From Patescibacteria group bacterium (GTDB lineage Bacteria > Patescibacteriota > WWE3 > 2-01-FULL-39-13), in the NCBI GenBank assembly GCA_048499955.1, contig JASNYX010000004.1, positions 3,249-67,248 of the forward strand: 64,000 nt of DNA. The letters are read 5' to 3'. This document shows, piece after piece, positions 8,648 to 18,459 of this stretch (position 1 is the first letter of the stretch; each line of letters starts with the position of its first letter). The notes below the pieces were generated by a model. It saw nothing but the letters and a program-made list of their open reading frames with translations. It made no database searches and had not been told where the DNA came from. The position numbers and the translations under genes are program-made.

Positions 8648-9088
8648 TCATAAAAACCTTTCTAAATTAAGAAAATTAAGTGTATCTATCGTGGTTTGCT
8701 CATCATCAATCCGGCGCATGATTTCCCGGCTCCTGGTCTGAGACAGAATGTTCAGACTACCTTCCCATAACACTTTCCGGTCAAGTATCGCCATTTTCCT
8801 ATGATGATTGCCGGTGCAAAGAAGTACCTGCACACCCAATTCTTCAAATCTCTGAATTTCAGCCTCAGATTGGTATTCTAGGGATTCAGAATGTTCTCTA
8901 GGGTCTCGTGTGAGGACATATACTTTTACTCCGCGCTCAATCAGTCTTTCAAATACTGGAAACAATCCTCTCATTCTTTCTGCTGTTATGTATGGACTTT
9001 CAATTACGACTTCGCGCGAAGCGTGAAGTAAATCCTGGACAAACTTCGGGTAGAAAGTAATCTCGTCGTAAAGGGAGGACTTAAACAT
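8648..9088 (-). CDS. Single-domain phospholipase D/nuclease-family (HKD) protein
   Basis: IESPYIT and HRKMAILD...WEGSLN (HxKxxxxD...GSxN); GAGGAGG RBS before ATG 9088. Confidence 0.85.
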   Translation of the reverse strand: MFKSSLYDEITFYPKFVQDLLHASREVVIESPYITAERMRGLFPVFERLIERGVKVYVLTRDPREHSESLEYQSEAEIQRFEELGVQVLLCTGNHHRKMAILDRKVLWEGSLNILSQTRSREIMRRIDDEQTTIDTLNFLNLERFL

Positions 9089-9214
9089 TGTTGTCCTCCT
9101 CTCCGGATTCAATTACACAGACTTTGCCGTTATAATAGGTGAAACCGAGTTCCTTGAGTTTCTCGTAGGTACGAATCAGGCTATCAAATAGCTCTTGGGG
9201 TTCCACCTGAGGGA

Positions 9215-9228
9215 CAGCGGGCTCACCA
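9215..9228 (+). other. Putative att core: displaced 3' end of a tRNA (Lys-like acceptor stem + ACCA)
   Basis: CAGCGGGCTCACCA = T-stem end + acceptor strand + CCA, sitting at the junction between element genes and host genes. Confidence 0.6.
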
Positions 9229-9233
9229 AAATA

Positions 9234-10004
9234 ATGAATATAAAACGAAAATCTACATCTTGGCAAAACCTTTCACGCTGGTACGACGCAATTGTCGGAA
9301 GCGAAGGTACTTACCTACATCCAACTCTGGTAATCCCGCAGCTGGCTGAAACCCTAAATATAAAACCCGGAAAAACCGTATTGGATATCGGATGCGGAAA
9401 CGGATTTCTTTCAAAATTTATAACTAAAAGCGGGGCGAACTATCATGGAATTGATAGCAGTAGAAGTTTAATTGACAGAGCAAACAGCTTTGATCAAAAA
9501 GGGGCAAGTTACACAGTCGGAGATATCTGTAACGCAAAATCTTTAAAATCATTGAAACCCAAATCATTCGATACAGCACTTTTTATTTTGAGCCTGCAAG
9601 ATATCGATCCCCTAGAAAGGGCCATAATGAATGCTTCCCAACTTTTAAAGGACAGGTCTGAAATAATAATATTTATGCTACATCCGGCATTTAAAACTCC
9701 AAGACAAACCGGTTTCGTGTTTGATGAAAACCGAAAAATGATTTCGAGAAGAATCGATAGTTACTTAAGCCCTAACCATATTCCCTTCAAAAAAGATAAA
9801 AGAAATAGAAGTTATGTAGCCAATTTCTATCACCGCCCATTACAAGATTATATAAATACTTTATCAACTCATGGATTTGACACCAAGCATCTATCCGAAA
9901 TGCCTGCTTACTCCGAAAAAATCGATCAAAGCAGAATCGAAAAAAGAATATTAAATGAAATTCCGATGTTTATGATGATAAAAGCTGTTAGATCAAACCC
10001 ATAA
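9234..10004 (+). CDS. Class I SAM-dependent methyltransferase
   Basis: VLDIGCGNG motif I; YHRPLQDYIN. Confidence 0.85.
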   Translation: MNIKRKSTSWQNLSRWYDAIVGSEGTYLHPTLVIPQLAETLNIKPGKTVLDIGCGNGFLSKFITKSGANYHGIDSSRSLIDRANSFDQKGASYTVGDICNAKSLKSLKPKSFDTALFILSLQDIDPLERAIMNASQLLKDRSEIIIFMLHPAFKTPRQTGFVFDENRKMISRRIDSYLSPNHIPFKKDKRNRSYVANFYHRPLQDYINTLSTHGFDTKHLSEMPAYSEKIDQSRIEKRILNEIPMFMMIKAVRSNP

Positions 10005-10053
10005 ATTTGTTACAATTATAGGATATTAGTTACAAATCATCTCTCTTAACTAA

Positions 10054-11019
10054 ATGCATATTTTGCTGGTAATTTTAATTTCAGCCCTATGCGGAGGCTC
10101 TGCACCGGTTTTCGGAAAAATTTTACTAAGTGTCTTTGGATCATTCACGCTGCTTACTCTCAGATTTTATTTGGCATCTCTGACTCTATTACCTTTTATA
10201 AATCGCAATGAACTTAATCTAAAAACTTGTAAAAGTTTATTATGGATATCGTTACTAGGTGCACTTAATCCGATTTTCCTATTTTTGGCACTTCCTCACC
10301 TAGTTACGGCAGTCGTACCAATTCTTTACGCCTGCACTCCAATGCTCACATTAGCTTACATGTGCTACATAAAAAAGATGCGGTTTAACAGAATACAAAT
10401 CGCAGGATTGATATCCGGAATCTTAGGAATATTCATTGTAGTAAGCAACTCGATATTCGACCAACAGAGCAATACCACAATATAGGGACTTTTACTCGGA
10501 TCTCTTGCTGTTATGGCATTTGTAGCCTTTGGAATTTTATCAAGAAAGACCCAACTAAAATATAACGTGTCACCACTATCGATAACTTTCTATTTCTGCG
10601 TTATGACAACGTTGATATCGCTACCTTTTTCGTTAAGTGAAATTGCCAATAACCCGGTAAAAATTTCGGAATTAACTGCATTCCATATCTTTTCGATTTT
10701 CTTCATTGGAGTAATATCAACCAGCATTGCGTTTTATTCGTATCAAAAACTTCTAAAAGCAGACTCCCCGCTTGCGGGGCCGGTCGTTACTTATTTTCAA
10801 CCTTTAGCAACCGTATTCTTAGGAATCATTTTATTATCCGAAAAAATCACATTAGGATTTATAGTCGGAGGTATCCTCTCAATAACCGGTGGGCAATTAT
10901 CATCTACAAGCAATGGGGCATTTATGTCATCTATTGGTTTCGCAAATCGATTTAGCAAGGTCCCGCAAATTTTTAGTTCAATATCTCGAAACGTCCTCGC
11001 TTTAGGTAAAAGTCACTGA
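10054..11019 (+). pseudogene. EamA/DMT family transporter interrupted by an in-frame TAG at 10483-10485
   Basis: ORFs 10054-10485 and 10513-11019 are in the same frame (SNTTI*GLLLGSLAVMAF) and together form a two-repeat EamA protein. Confidence 0.75.
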
Positions 11020-11973
11020 ATAAACAATATAAGATAAATATAGCCCTAGAAATAATACCCCTTCCCATTTAGCTAGGTGAAATTTCCGACCAATAAATAA
11101 AGTAATGAAGAGAGCGATGCTGGCGACTAGTAAGAACCCAAGGTCAGTTTTCACTGCGGTTGGAACAGGTACTGTTTTGATTACACTACTCAATGCAAGA
11201 ATCCAGAAAATATTAAAAATATTTGAGCCTACAACATTGCCGATCGCGATATCAGCTTTTTTCTTAATGGCTGCGTTAATAGATGTAACTAGCTCGGGCA
11301 ATGATGTTCCGAAAGCAACAACTGTAAGCCCGATTACACGTTCAGACATTCCAATCTGCTGAGCAAGAGATACGGCTCCATCAACCACCCATTTTCCACC
11401 GATTAGCAAACCAACCAAACCCGCACCGACAAGCAACAAATTTTTGGACATCGGCAACTCATCAGCGATGTCATCAGAAGAAGATCCTTTCCGTGCCAAT
11501 GAAATCAGATAATACATAAAGATAATAAAGAATGATAATAGTATTAACCCATCAGCTCTTGAAATCGAATCCAAAGTTCCCAAACCGATTGATGTATCAG
11601 AAACTAAAATAGCAAGTACAACAACGGCCAACAACGAAAACGGAATTTCTTTCCAAACAGTAGTGCTTTGCACTCTCAGAGGGTAAATAATTGCAGCCGT
11701 TCCCAAGATGAGCAATATATTTGCGATGTTCGATCCAATAATGTTTCCCAATACCAAGCCTGATCGATCTGTGTAACTTGCATAAACATTAACAACCAAT
11801 TCAGGGAAAGATGTACCGAAGGCAACGATTGTCAAACCTATAACTAAGGGAGAAACTTTCATTGAGACCGCTAAACTGGATGCACCGTTCACTAACCAGT
11901 CAGCACTCTTAATCAATAATATTAAACCGATAATAAGTATAAATATATCTATCACAGGGCCTAATATTAACAA
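11002..11973 (-). CDS. Calcium/sodium antiporter (YrbG/CaCA family)
   Basis: Two alpha repeats: GTSFPEL...GNIIGSNIAN and GTSLPEL...GNVVGSNIFN. Confidence 0.92.
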   Translation of the reverse strand: MLILGPVIDIFILIIGLILLIKSADWLVNGASSLAVSMKVSPLVIGLTIVAFGTSFPELVVNVYASYTDRSGLVLGNIIGSNIANILLILGTAAIIYPLRVQSTTVWKEIPFSLLAVVVLAILVSDTSIGLGTLDSISRADGLILLSFFIIFMYYLISLARKGSSSDDIADELPMSKNLLLVGAGLVGLLIGGKWVVDGAVSLAQQIGMSERVIGLTVVAFGTSLPELVTSINAAIKKKADIAIGNVVGSNIFNIFWILALSSVIKTVPVPTAVKTDLGFLLVASIALFITLFIGRKFHLAKWEGVLFLGLYLSYIVYSVTFT

Positions 11974-12022
11974 TTACGGCGGTAGAATTCTATAGCACAA
12001 AGAATTCATGTATACTTTAAAT

Positions 12023-12424
12023 ATGTTATCGTCTAACACGATTATTTTTCTTGCAATAGTAATATGTGGAGTTGCAATTGAACTTTTAATTTCGCAATTG
12101 TTCATCGATCACAATAAAATAAATAAAAAACATAGACGAGTACATTTTCAACTTTCAAGGTATATTTTCTTACTTACCATGCCAACAATAGCTACATTGA
12201 TCATGACTTATTTGGCTGGCTTGTCAGTCTTGAAATTCTTTGTTTCCTTTGCCATCCTCGGTACCTTGCTTGAATATTGTATCGGTTACTCTTACCAGGC
12301 AATCGTAGGCCAAAGACTTTGGAAATACTATCGATATTCCATCAACGGACATACCAGTTTACTATCAATTCCTCTATGGGGGCTGTGTGGTGTACTGATT
12401 TATTTAATTGCGACTACGACCTAG
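12023..12424 (+). CDS. Membrane protein, putative ABC-transporter type IV (CmpB-like) family
   Basis: GTLLEYCIG...RLWKY...NGHTSL...LWGL pattern; 4 TM segments. Confidence 0.55.
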   Translation: MLSSNTIIFLAIVICGVAIELLISQLFIDHNKINKKHRRVHFQLSRYIFLLTMPTIATLIMTYLAGLSVLKFFVSFAILGTLLEYCIGYSYQAIVGQRLWKYYRYSINGHTSLLSIPLWGLCGVLIYLIATTT

Positions 12425-13168
12425 ACCTAAATGCATGAGACTCCAAAGACTGCCTTGACGTTTCGTATAGGGTAATTCCAACAGAGACCGAAAGATTCAA
12501 AGAATCTACTTTATTTGAATGAGATATCTTAACTGTTTGTGAATTGGATTTTATGCTGTCTGGAAGTCCTGAGCCTTCATTACCGAATATAAGTGAATAG
12601 GGACTTTGAAATTTTGTTTCCCGTAAATCGAATTCTCCGTCTAAAAAGAAGCTGTAAACGGTATTCTCTTTATACTTACAGCAATATATACCGGCACTCG
12701 TAAAGTATTCGAAGTTTACTAAAAAATCGATCCCATAGACGAACGTGCTACTTTCTGGATCAAAGATGTCCGCAGCTGGCGAGATCAGTGCTAAGTTCCT
12801 CATATCAAACCTGACATAGATCTTAGTATTGTTCCTAAATTGCCTAAATTTGATGGGTTTACCAAAACCAAATGATTATCGCCTAACTCCAATGATGATT
12901 GGTATTTTTCGAAAACTCCCATTACATATGTGTTTTCTTTAGGTGCAAGTTTTTCAATGATACTTCGACTAACTATCATCGGAATATTTTTCTGTTCACA
13001 AATGTGTTTTATTTCTTCAACGATGCTATTTTCTTCACCATTGGGGTTGATGATAACTTCCAGCACTTTCTCCTGTTTGAGTTTAAGTAAATCTAAAGTC
13101 GGGTAAGTTCCATACGTATATGAAAAATTAAATTTTTTGTCGTAGCGTTTTAATTTTGGAAGACCCAT
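12414..13168 (-). pseudogene. TrmH/SpoU RNA methyltransferase, frameshifted
   Basis: NPSNLGNLGTILRS in ORF 12800-13168 and FGNEGSGL...VDSLNLSVS in ORF 12414-12803. Break at GGTTTGATATG near 12805; KVARSSMGSIF lies in a shifted frame near 12722-12755. Confidence 0.8.
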
Positions 13169-13180
13169 ATATTACCTGTT

Positions 13181-14293
13181 TCAATTCAAATTGTTTTTAG
13201 CTAACTCGATAATTTTTGAATATGTTCTTAAATTATGTATCGTAGATAATCGAAAAGCCAGAGAATCCTCAATCTTAAATAAATGATTAAGGTAGGATTT
13301 CGAATAATTTTGACAAGAAAAACAATCACAAAATTCACTAATCGGCGACGAATCACGCACATATTTTTCACGTGAGATATAAATATATTCAAACCAATCT
13401 GATTCTTCAAAAATATCTCTAATTGATTCAGGGGGCTTGCTGAAGTTATATAATCTTTTATGCCTAGCATCCCGGGTAGGCAAAACGCAATCAAAAATCC
13501 CATAGCCCATAGCGATTGTATCAACTAAGGTTTGTGGACCTCCAATGCCTAAACCATATTTTGGCTTGTGGTCCGGAGTAACTTCGGCAACGTGTTTAAT
13601 AATTTCCAAATCGATCTTACCTTCCTGATCAAAAGTCCATCCACCTAATCCGTACCCATCGAAACCTATTTTCTCAAGATCGACAGCACTTTTTTCCCGA
13701 GCCGCTTTATCGTGTGCTCCCTGCACTACAGCGAATAACATAGGACGATTATCCTCATTGTAACCTCTGATCTCGCATTGCTTTTCAAACTCAACTTTGC
13801 ATCTTTCCCCCCAATGTGTCGTCAATTCTACACTTCGTTTAATTTCATCATCTTTAGCATTAAAAGGTGTGAAGTAATCAAGCACAATCATAATATCGGA
13901 ACCAAGTGCGAACTGGATTTGAATACACTTCTCAGGAGTTATCTCATATTTGCGTCTACCACCCTTTGAATGTAAATGAAAAGTCACCCCATCTTCTGTT
14001 ATATTTCCCAAGGATTTATTCTTATGAATAAGTGAGAACATCTGAAATCCTCCGGAATCTGAAATAATCCAGCCGTCCCACCCCATTAAATTTTTTATTC
14101 CACCCAATTCATCTATTACTGAAGTTCCCGGCTGAGATAACAAGTGATATGTATTAACAATTAATCCTTCAATACCTGAAGCTTTTAGATCTGTTGAGTC
14201 TAAGCTACGAATTACACCTCTTGTTGCATCCGGAAAAAATACCGGCATATTAAAATTCTGACCTTTTAGTTTAAAACTTTTCAGAAAAGACAT
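13181..14293 (-). CDS. tgt: Queuine tRNA-ribosyltransferase
   Basis: NTYHL, DSGGFQ, FDCVLPTRDARH, CDCFSC...HN zinc site. Confidence 0.93.
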   Translation of the reverse strand: MSFLKSFKLKGQNFNMPVFFPDATRGVIRSLDSTDLKASGIEGLIVNTYHLLSQPGTSVIDELGGIKNLMGWDGWIISDSGGFQMFSLIHKNKSLGNITEDGVTFHLHSKGGRRKYEITPEKCIQIQFALGSDIMIVLDYFTPFNAKDDEIKRSVELTTHWGERCKVEFEKQCEIRGYNEDNRPMLFAVVQGAHDKAAREKSAVDLEKIGFDGYGLGGWTFDQEGKIDLEIIKHVAEVTPDHKPKYGLGIGGPQTLVDTIAMGYGIFDCVLPTRDARHKRLYNFSKPPESIRDIFEESDWFEYIYISREKYVRDSSPISEFCDCFSCQNYSKSYLNHLFKIEDSLAFRLSTIHNLRTYSKIIELAKNNLN

Positions 14294-14422
14294 ATTTCTG
14301 CAATTTTACTATCAAGACAATATATTCACCACACCACCTTAAATAACATAAGAGATCGGGAAAGGAGCAAATATCTATAATAGATTTTGGAATTCCTCCT
14401 TTCCCGTATTAGAATGCACCAC

Positions 14423-16057
14423 CTAACGCAAGATCATCGGAAGATTAATTCTTCCGGTTTTAGGGTTGAAGGGAAAAGTTTCAGATGCTTCATAATCTTT
14501 TACCGGAGACTCCCCCGCTTCAACATCCGGATCAACAAAGAACGAAAGCTTGATCAAGTGTCCTTCTTCAGTGATTCCTGAAAAGTCTTTTCGGAATACT
14601 GCATTATCTGTAGAAACAAACAATGTGGCTGAAAACATCCCCAGATCTGTCCCACGAAGAGTCAATGCGTGTGCTCCCTTGTTCAGACTCCAAACTTCAA
14701 TACGTTTGGATGACATTGTCCCCAATTGACTTTCAAAAGGTGAAATCTGATCCACATAGTAATTTGAAGCAGGAATTTCATCCTTGAATACTCCGCGATC
14801 GTATCCGATTGAACGACCCATCGAATCAGTCAGTAAAACCTCTGTCTGAGAATGAACTACAACCTCCAGAACCGCATTTGACTGAACATTTGAGAAATGC
14901 CTAGAGGACCTGTATTCTCCGTGATACTGTAACCCAAGAGTTTCATCTGTACTCCACGGATCTTTAATTCCAAAGACTCCGGAAGCATATGAATTGGCTA
15001 CCACAAAATGCATGCCACGCGACGAATTCACATGCAAGACCACAGGAAACCCATTACAAATGTAAGCACCAACAACCTTGTCATTCCGTTGACTCAACTG
15101 TCCATTAAACCAGAGATCAAGCTTCATAACGTCCCGACCATACCTGGCAACTTGTGAAAAGAGAATATAACCTCCGCTATATCCGTTATTGTGCTTGAGC
15201 CACTGATTAAGCTCTCCCGGATTTGTGCTAGTTCCCTTTTCAAATCCATAATAGTTCAACAACATCACTGAAGAGACTAAGGCACATCCCCAGTTCTTAA
15301 TATTGGCAGGATATCTGGAATCAGGACTTACCCATCCGTGTTGACCATAGTGATCCCCCGCCCAAGCTGAGTCAGTTTGCAAGAAATGTTTAACACCAAG
15401 ACTACAGATCGGACTAGCAGAAAATTCGAAATCATCAACAGTAAAAGTGTTCCAACGTCTCATGCCAGGTGAATCGATTTCACCACGAAAGTCATCTGCG
15501 GGTATAAATACCGAGTGGTTTACCTGCTTATAGTGACTATTGAAAGTGAGCTTATGGATCGGAACAACAGATCGCAAGACAACTTCTTTGTTTGGTTCAC
15601 CTTCGAAAATATGGTTCGGAGAAAGTTCCGCTTGATCGACCGAATTACCATTCTTGTCGTAAGCCTTCACAGTCAAACGGCTATTCGTGGTTACAAAAAA
15701 ACGCACTTCTCGAACTGAACCCGCAAGTAGTTGATCGAAATAGATATTCACACCTCCATAAAACTCGGCATCTGCACCATCGTAGATAACTCCCAAACCC
15801 GAATGAGGTGGGAATTGCTCATAGTTCAGGGTGTCGCCTTTTCTCAGAAAGCTAGCTCCTTCAAATTTCACCCCCAAGCTGGCGTATTTGTCTCGAACCG
15901 TTTCACGATTGGCCCCATCCTCAAAGTCCAGAATAAAATTTACCGAGCTAGTTTCCAAACTGCTCGACCAAACCACTGAACTTGACGAAGAAGCAAACAC
16001 CGCAAAGCCGAAGAAAAAAACAACCAAAAGACATCGATGTAACAATCGGACTTTCAT
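14423..16057 (-). CDS. Secreted multidomain protein with peptidase C39-like domain
   Basis: Signal peptide after AGGAGG RBS; QTDSAW...WGCALVS...HFVV...IKDP papain-like motifs; C-terminal INLPMILR. Confidence 0.75.
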   Translation of the reverse strand: MKVRLLHRCLLVVFFFGFAVFASSSSSVVWSSSLETSSVNFILDFEDGANRETVRDKYASLGVKFEGASFLRKGDTLNYEQFPPHSGLGVIYDGADAEFYGGVNIYFDQLLAGSVREVRFFVTTNSRLTVKAYDKNGNSVDQAELSPNHIFEGEPNKEVVLRSVVPIHKLTFNSHYKQVNHSVFIPADDFRGEIDSPGMRRWNTFTVDDFEFSASPICSLGVKHFLQTDSAWAGDHYGQHGWVSPDSRYPANIKNWGCALVSSVMLLNYYGFEKGTSTNPGELNQWLKHNNGYSGGYILFSQVARYGRDVMKLDLWFNGQLSQRNDKVVGAYICNGFPVVLHVNSSRGMHFVVANSYASGVFGIKDPWSTDETLGLQYHGEYRSSRHFSNVQSNAVLEVVVHSQTEVLLTDSMGRSIGYDRGVFKDEIPASNYYVDQISPFESQLGTMSSKRIEVWSLNKGAHALTLRGTDLGMFSATLFVSTDNAVFRKDFSGITEEGHLIKLSFFVDPDVEAGESPVKDYEASETFPFNPKTGRINLPMILR

Positions 16058-16211
16058 GACTTTCCCTCCTAAATTTTGAACGTGCGAAATATGCCGTGGT
16101 ATCATTCCGGCATGAGTAATCACTATTGCACTCCGCATCGGAGTGGGCTGGTGATAACCATAAATTCAGAGTAAGATATTGGTTGTAAAATCACGTTAAA
16201 TAATAATTAAA

Positions 16212-16619
16212 ATGTCCGAAAAAATAGCAGTAATACTCATTATCACTTTATTACTCACCCCTGCGCTATTGGGAGTCTATTCGTATATATTTTTTAATAC
16301 TTCCCAAGATTGGAAAGACTTAACCTTAAGGAAAGATGCTGAAGTTGCAGGTATAGCAGATAGTGCTCAAATAGAAAACCTCACAAAAGAAATACCATTA
16401 CTACCGGGTTCGGAAATATACAGTTTTACAACAAGTAATAATGATATCAACGTAATTATCGAGTTTTCGCATAAGGAAGAAGAAGTTAAGAGTTTCTATG
16501 ATGACCACTTTTTCAAACAAAATTGGCAACAGATTGATAAAGATATCTACCAGAGAAACGGTAAAATCGTAAAACTTAACATATCGGGGAATTTAATTTA
16601 TATTTCGATCACAAAATAA
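16212..16619 (+). CDS. Hypothetical membrane-anchored protein
   Basis: N-terminal TM helix; clean ORF. Confidence 0.6.
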   Translation: MSEKIAVILIITLLLTPALLGVYSYIFFNTSQDWKDLTLRKDAEVAGIADSAQIENLTKEIPLLPGSEIYSFTTSNNDINVIIEFSHKEEEVKSFYDDHFFKQNWQQIDKDIYQRNGKIVKLNISGNLIYISITK

Positions 16620-16623
16620 TTAT

Positions 16624-18408
16624 TTATTCTCTTGTCCCGACCATGTAAACTGCCCCCCACGCTCTGTAATTGCTTTTAAAAGTGTCATTGTACAGAATTT
16701 CTTCACCTTTCTTTACTGTTCTATTAAAAACTACATTAGCTCCCCAAATTGCAGATTCAACCTGTTTTCTAGCTCCTTTATCAAGACTAGGATCATCAAT
16801 ATATGTTTCACCCGGAGGTGGGGTTCTAGACAAAATCTTAGGTTCAGAAACCTCAACAGTTCTACCGTCATTTTTTCCGTATATTGTATATTTCAATTTG
16901 TAGTTTGCTTTATCAATTTCAGCGGCGACTAAAATATAATTCGAAGTGTCGTTTTTAAATCGAAAATCTACGGATGGACTATAGATGGTAGCATCCAAAC
17001 CGGGAGGCGAACCTTGCTCGTAGTAACCGACCCGATACGAATGTGCACTTCTACTGGTAATCTGCAAGCCGGAGTTCAGTGCTGCCCGAAATACAGTTGT
17101 TGAAACCTGACATACACCACCACCATCACCTAAAACAGTTCGTCCTCCACTGATTACTTTCGCAGAACCGAAACCTGCTGCTCTGTTAATTGGACCAATA
17201 GCTTCCACAAAAGAAAATTCATGCCCCGGTGCGACGAGAATCCCGTTAACTTTATTTACAGCAGTTTCAATATTATGCACTCTTCCGGCATCAGAACCCC
17301 TAAATTGTGAAGTTCCTTCGCCTAAAACATCAGTTATTTGATATTCATTCTCAGAGTCAGGCGGTTCTGTCTGCTCTACAACCAAAGTGGTTTTTACTGC
17401 TTCGGAATTTTGTGCAAGTATAGCTTTTTCCACTTCTTCGTATGTTTCTTTGACTTTCAAACGTTGACCATTTTGAGAGGCGACGAATTTTTTAACCCTC
17501 TCATTCTCAACCTCTAAAATTTGTCCTCTAGGATTCCGATTAATTTGCTCGGCAATACTATCAAGTTTAGTTAATAACACGTTCTTATCGATTCCTAGTT
17601 CTAATCCGTCATATTTTTGTATTGGCTTAATGAGGCTGATGATATCTTCTTTGGAAAGCTTCCACTCGGAATCTTCATAAGTTAGTGAGAATTCATTTTT
17701 TAGTTTTTCCTCAAGTACAGGTTTCAACTTTTCAAGATCCTGGGCGACAATCGAAGGATTAACTACAGCCACGTTTACGCTAAAACGTCGTTCATTCTTA
17801 CCTGAAGAGAATGCTTCAATAATTTGGGATTTGAATTCGTGGTCATTTATATCCTCACCTGACTTGCCGGGGATAATCGCAAGTTTCCCATTTGAGTACT
17901 CAAATCTGGCATCTTCATATTCATCCAAGTTGCCTAGCTCAAAAAGTCGCATAGAAGTTTCCAGAAGACGCTGGTCATAATCATATAAGGCACTCACTTT
18001 TGTCTCATCAAACATGCTTAGTATCTTGAATTTTATATCTCTTAAGAAATTATTCGATCTGCCGAGATCAAAAGCCTTTTTAACCGAGGCGACGGGGAGA
18101 AACCTAAAATTCAGTTCGGAAGACTTCATTTCAACCTCATTACCTTTTACCAGAATTTTCACCACTTGGTCCTGTGGTAAATCATCACCCAGTAAGTCAA
18201 TTGCTTCATCCGGGGTTAATCCACCTATATTAATGCCGTTCACCTGAACGTTAGGGAGTATTTTATTTGCGAAATATAGGTGATAAGCAATAAACGTGGT
18301 TATCAATGCGAAATACGCTAAAAAAGTGGCTTTTTTCACGATCTTAAAGATTGGTATTTTTGCTAGAGTTTTATTCTTATTTTTAAAGTTTCTGATTTTT
18401 CGAACCAT
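16624..18408 (-). CDS. VanW-family protein with peptidoglycan-binding repeats
   Basis: GGGVCQVSTTVFRAALNSGL, RSAHSYRVGYYE, GLDATIY. Confidence 0.9.
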   Translation of the reverse strand: MVRKIRNFKNKNKTLAKIPIFKIVKKATFLAYFALITTFIAYHLYFANKILPNVQVNGINIGGLTPDEAIDLLGDDLPQDQVVKILVKGNEVEMKSSELNFRFLPVASVKKAFDLGRSNNFLRDIKFKILSMFDETKVSALYDYDQRLLETSMRLFELGNLDEYEDARFEYSNGKLAIIPGKSGEDINDHEFKSQIIEAFSSGKNERRFSVNVAVVNPSIVAQDLEKLKPVLEEKLKNEFSLTYEDSEWKLSKEDIISLIKPIQKYDGLELGIDKNVLLTKLDSIAEQINRNPRGQILEVENERVKKFVASQNGQRLKVKETYEEVEKAILAQNSEAVKTTLVVEQTEPPDSENEYQITDVLGEGTSQFRGSDAGRVHNIETAVNKVNGILVAPGHEFSFVEAIGPINRAAGFGSAKVISGGRTVLGDGGGVCQVSTTVFRAALNSGLQITSRSAHSYRVGYYEQGSPPGLDATIYSPSVDFRFKNDTSNYILVAAEIDKANYKLKYTIYGKNDGRTVEVSEPKILSRTPPPGETYIDDPSLDKGARKQVESAIWGANVVFNRTVKKGEEILYNDTFKSNYRAWGAVYMVGTRE

Positions 18409-18459
18409 CTGGGTAATTCTACCCCAGAGGCCTATTATACGGAAAGGACAGCAAATAGC

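Larger units (their letters stand above)
1..9228. mobile_element. Right-hand part of an integrative conjugative element (T4SS module + CBASS cargo + regulators), probably inserted in a tRNA gene; left end lies outside the window
   Basis: Co-oriented VirB6-like/PrgI/VirB4/M23 genes, defence cargo, LexA and XRE regulators. Ends at tRNA-3'-like CAGCGGGCTCACCA (9215-9228), after which housekeeping genes resume. No integrase, relaxase or VirD4 in the window. Confidence 0.75.

Noticed and set aside
9195-9228. Complete tRNA gene at the element boundary
   Set aside because: Only the last ~14 nt are tRNA-like; no D or anticodon arm and no canonical TTCGA loop.
10483-10485. Stop-codon reassignment (TAG or TGA read-through, as in some CPR lineages and phages)
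   Set aside because: TAG and TGA end many intact genes at the expected positions (e.g. 4041, 24850, 3408, 8153); only one in-frame TAG case was seen.
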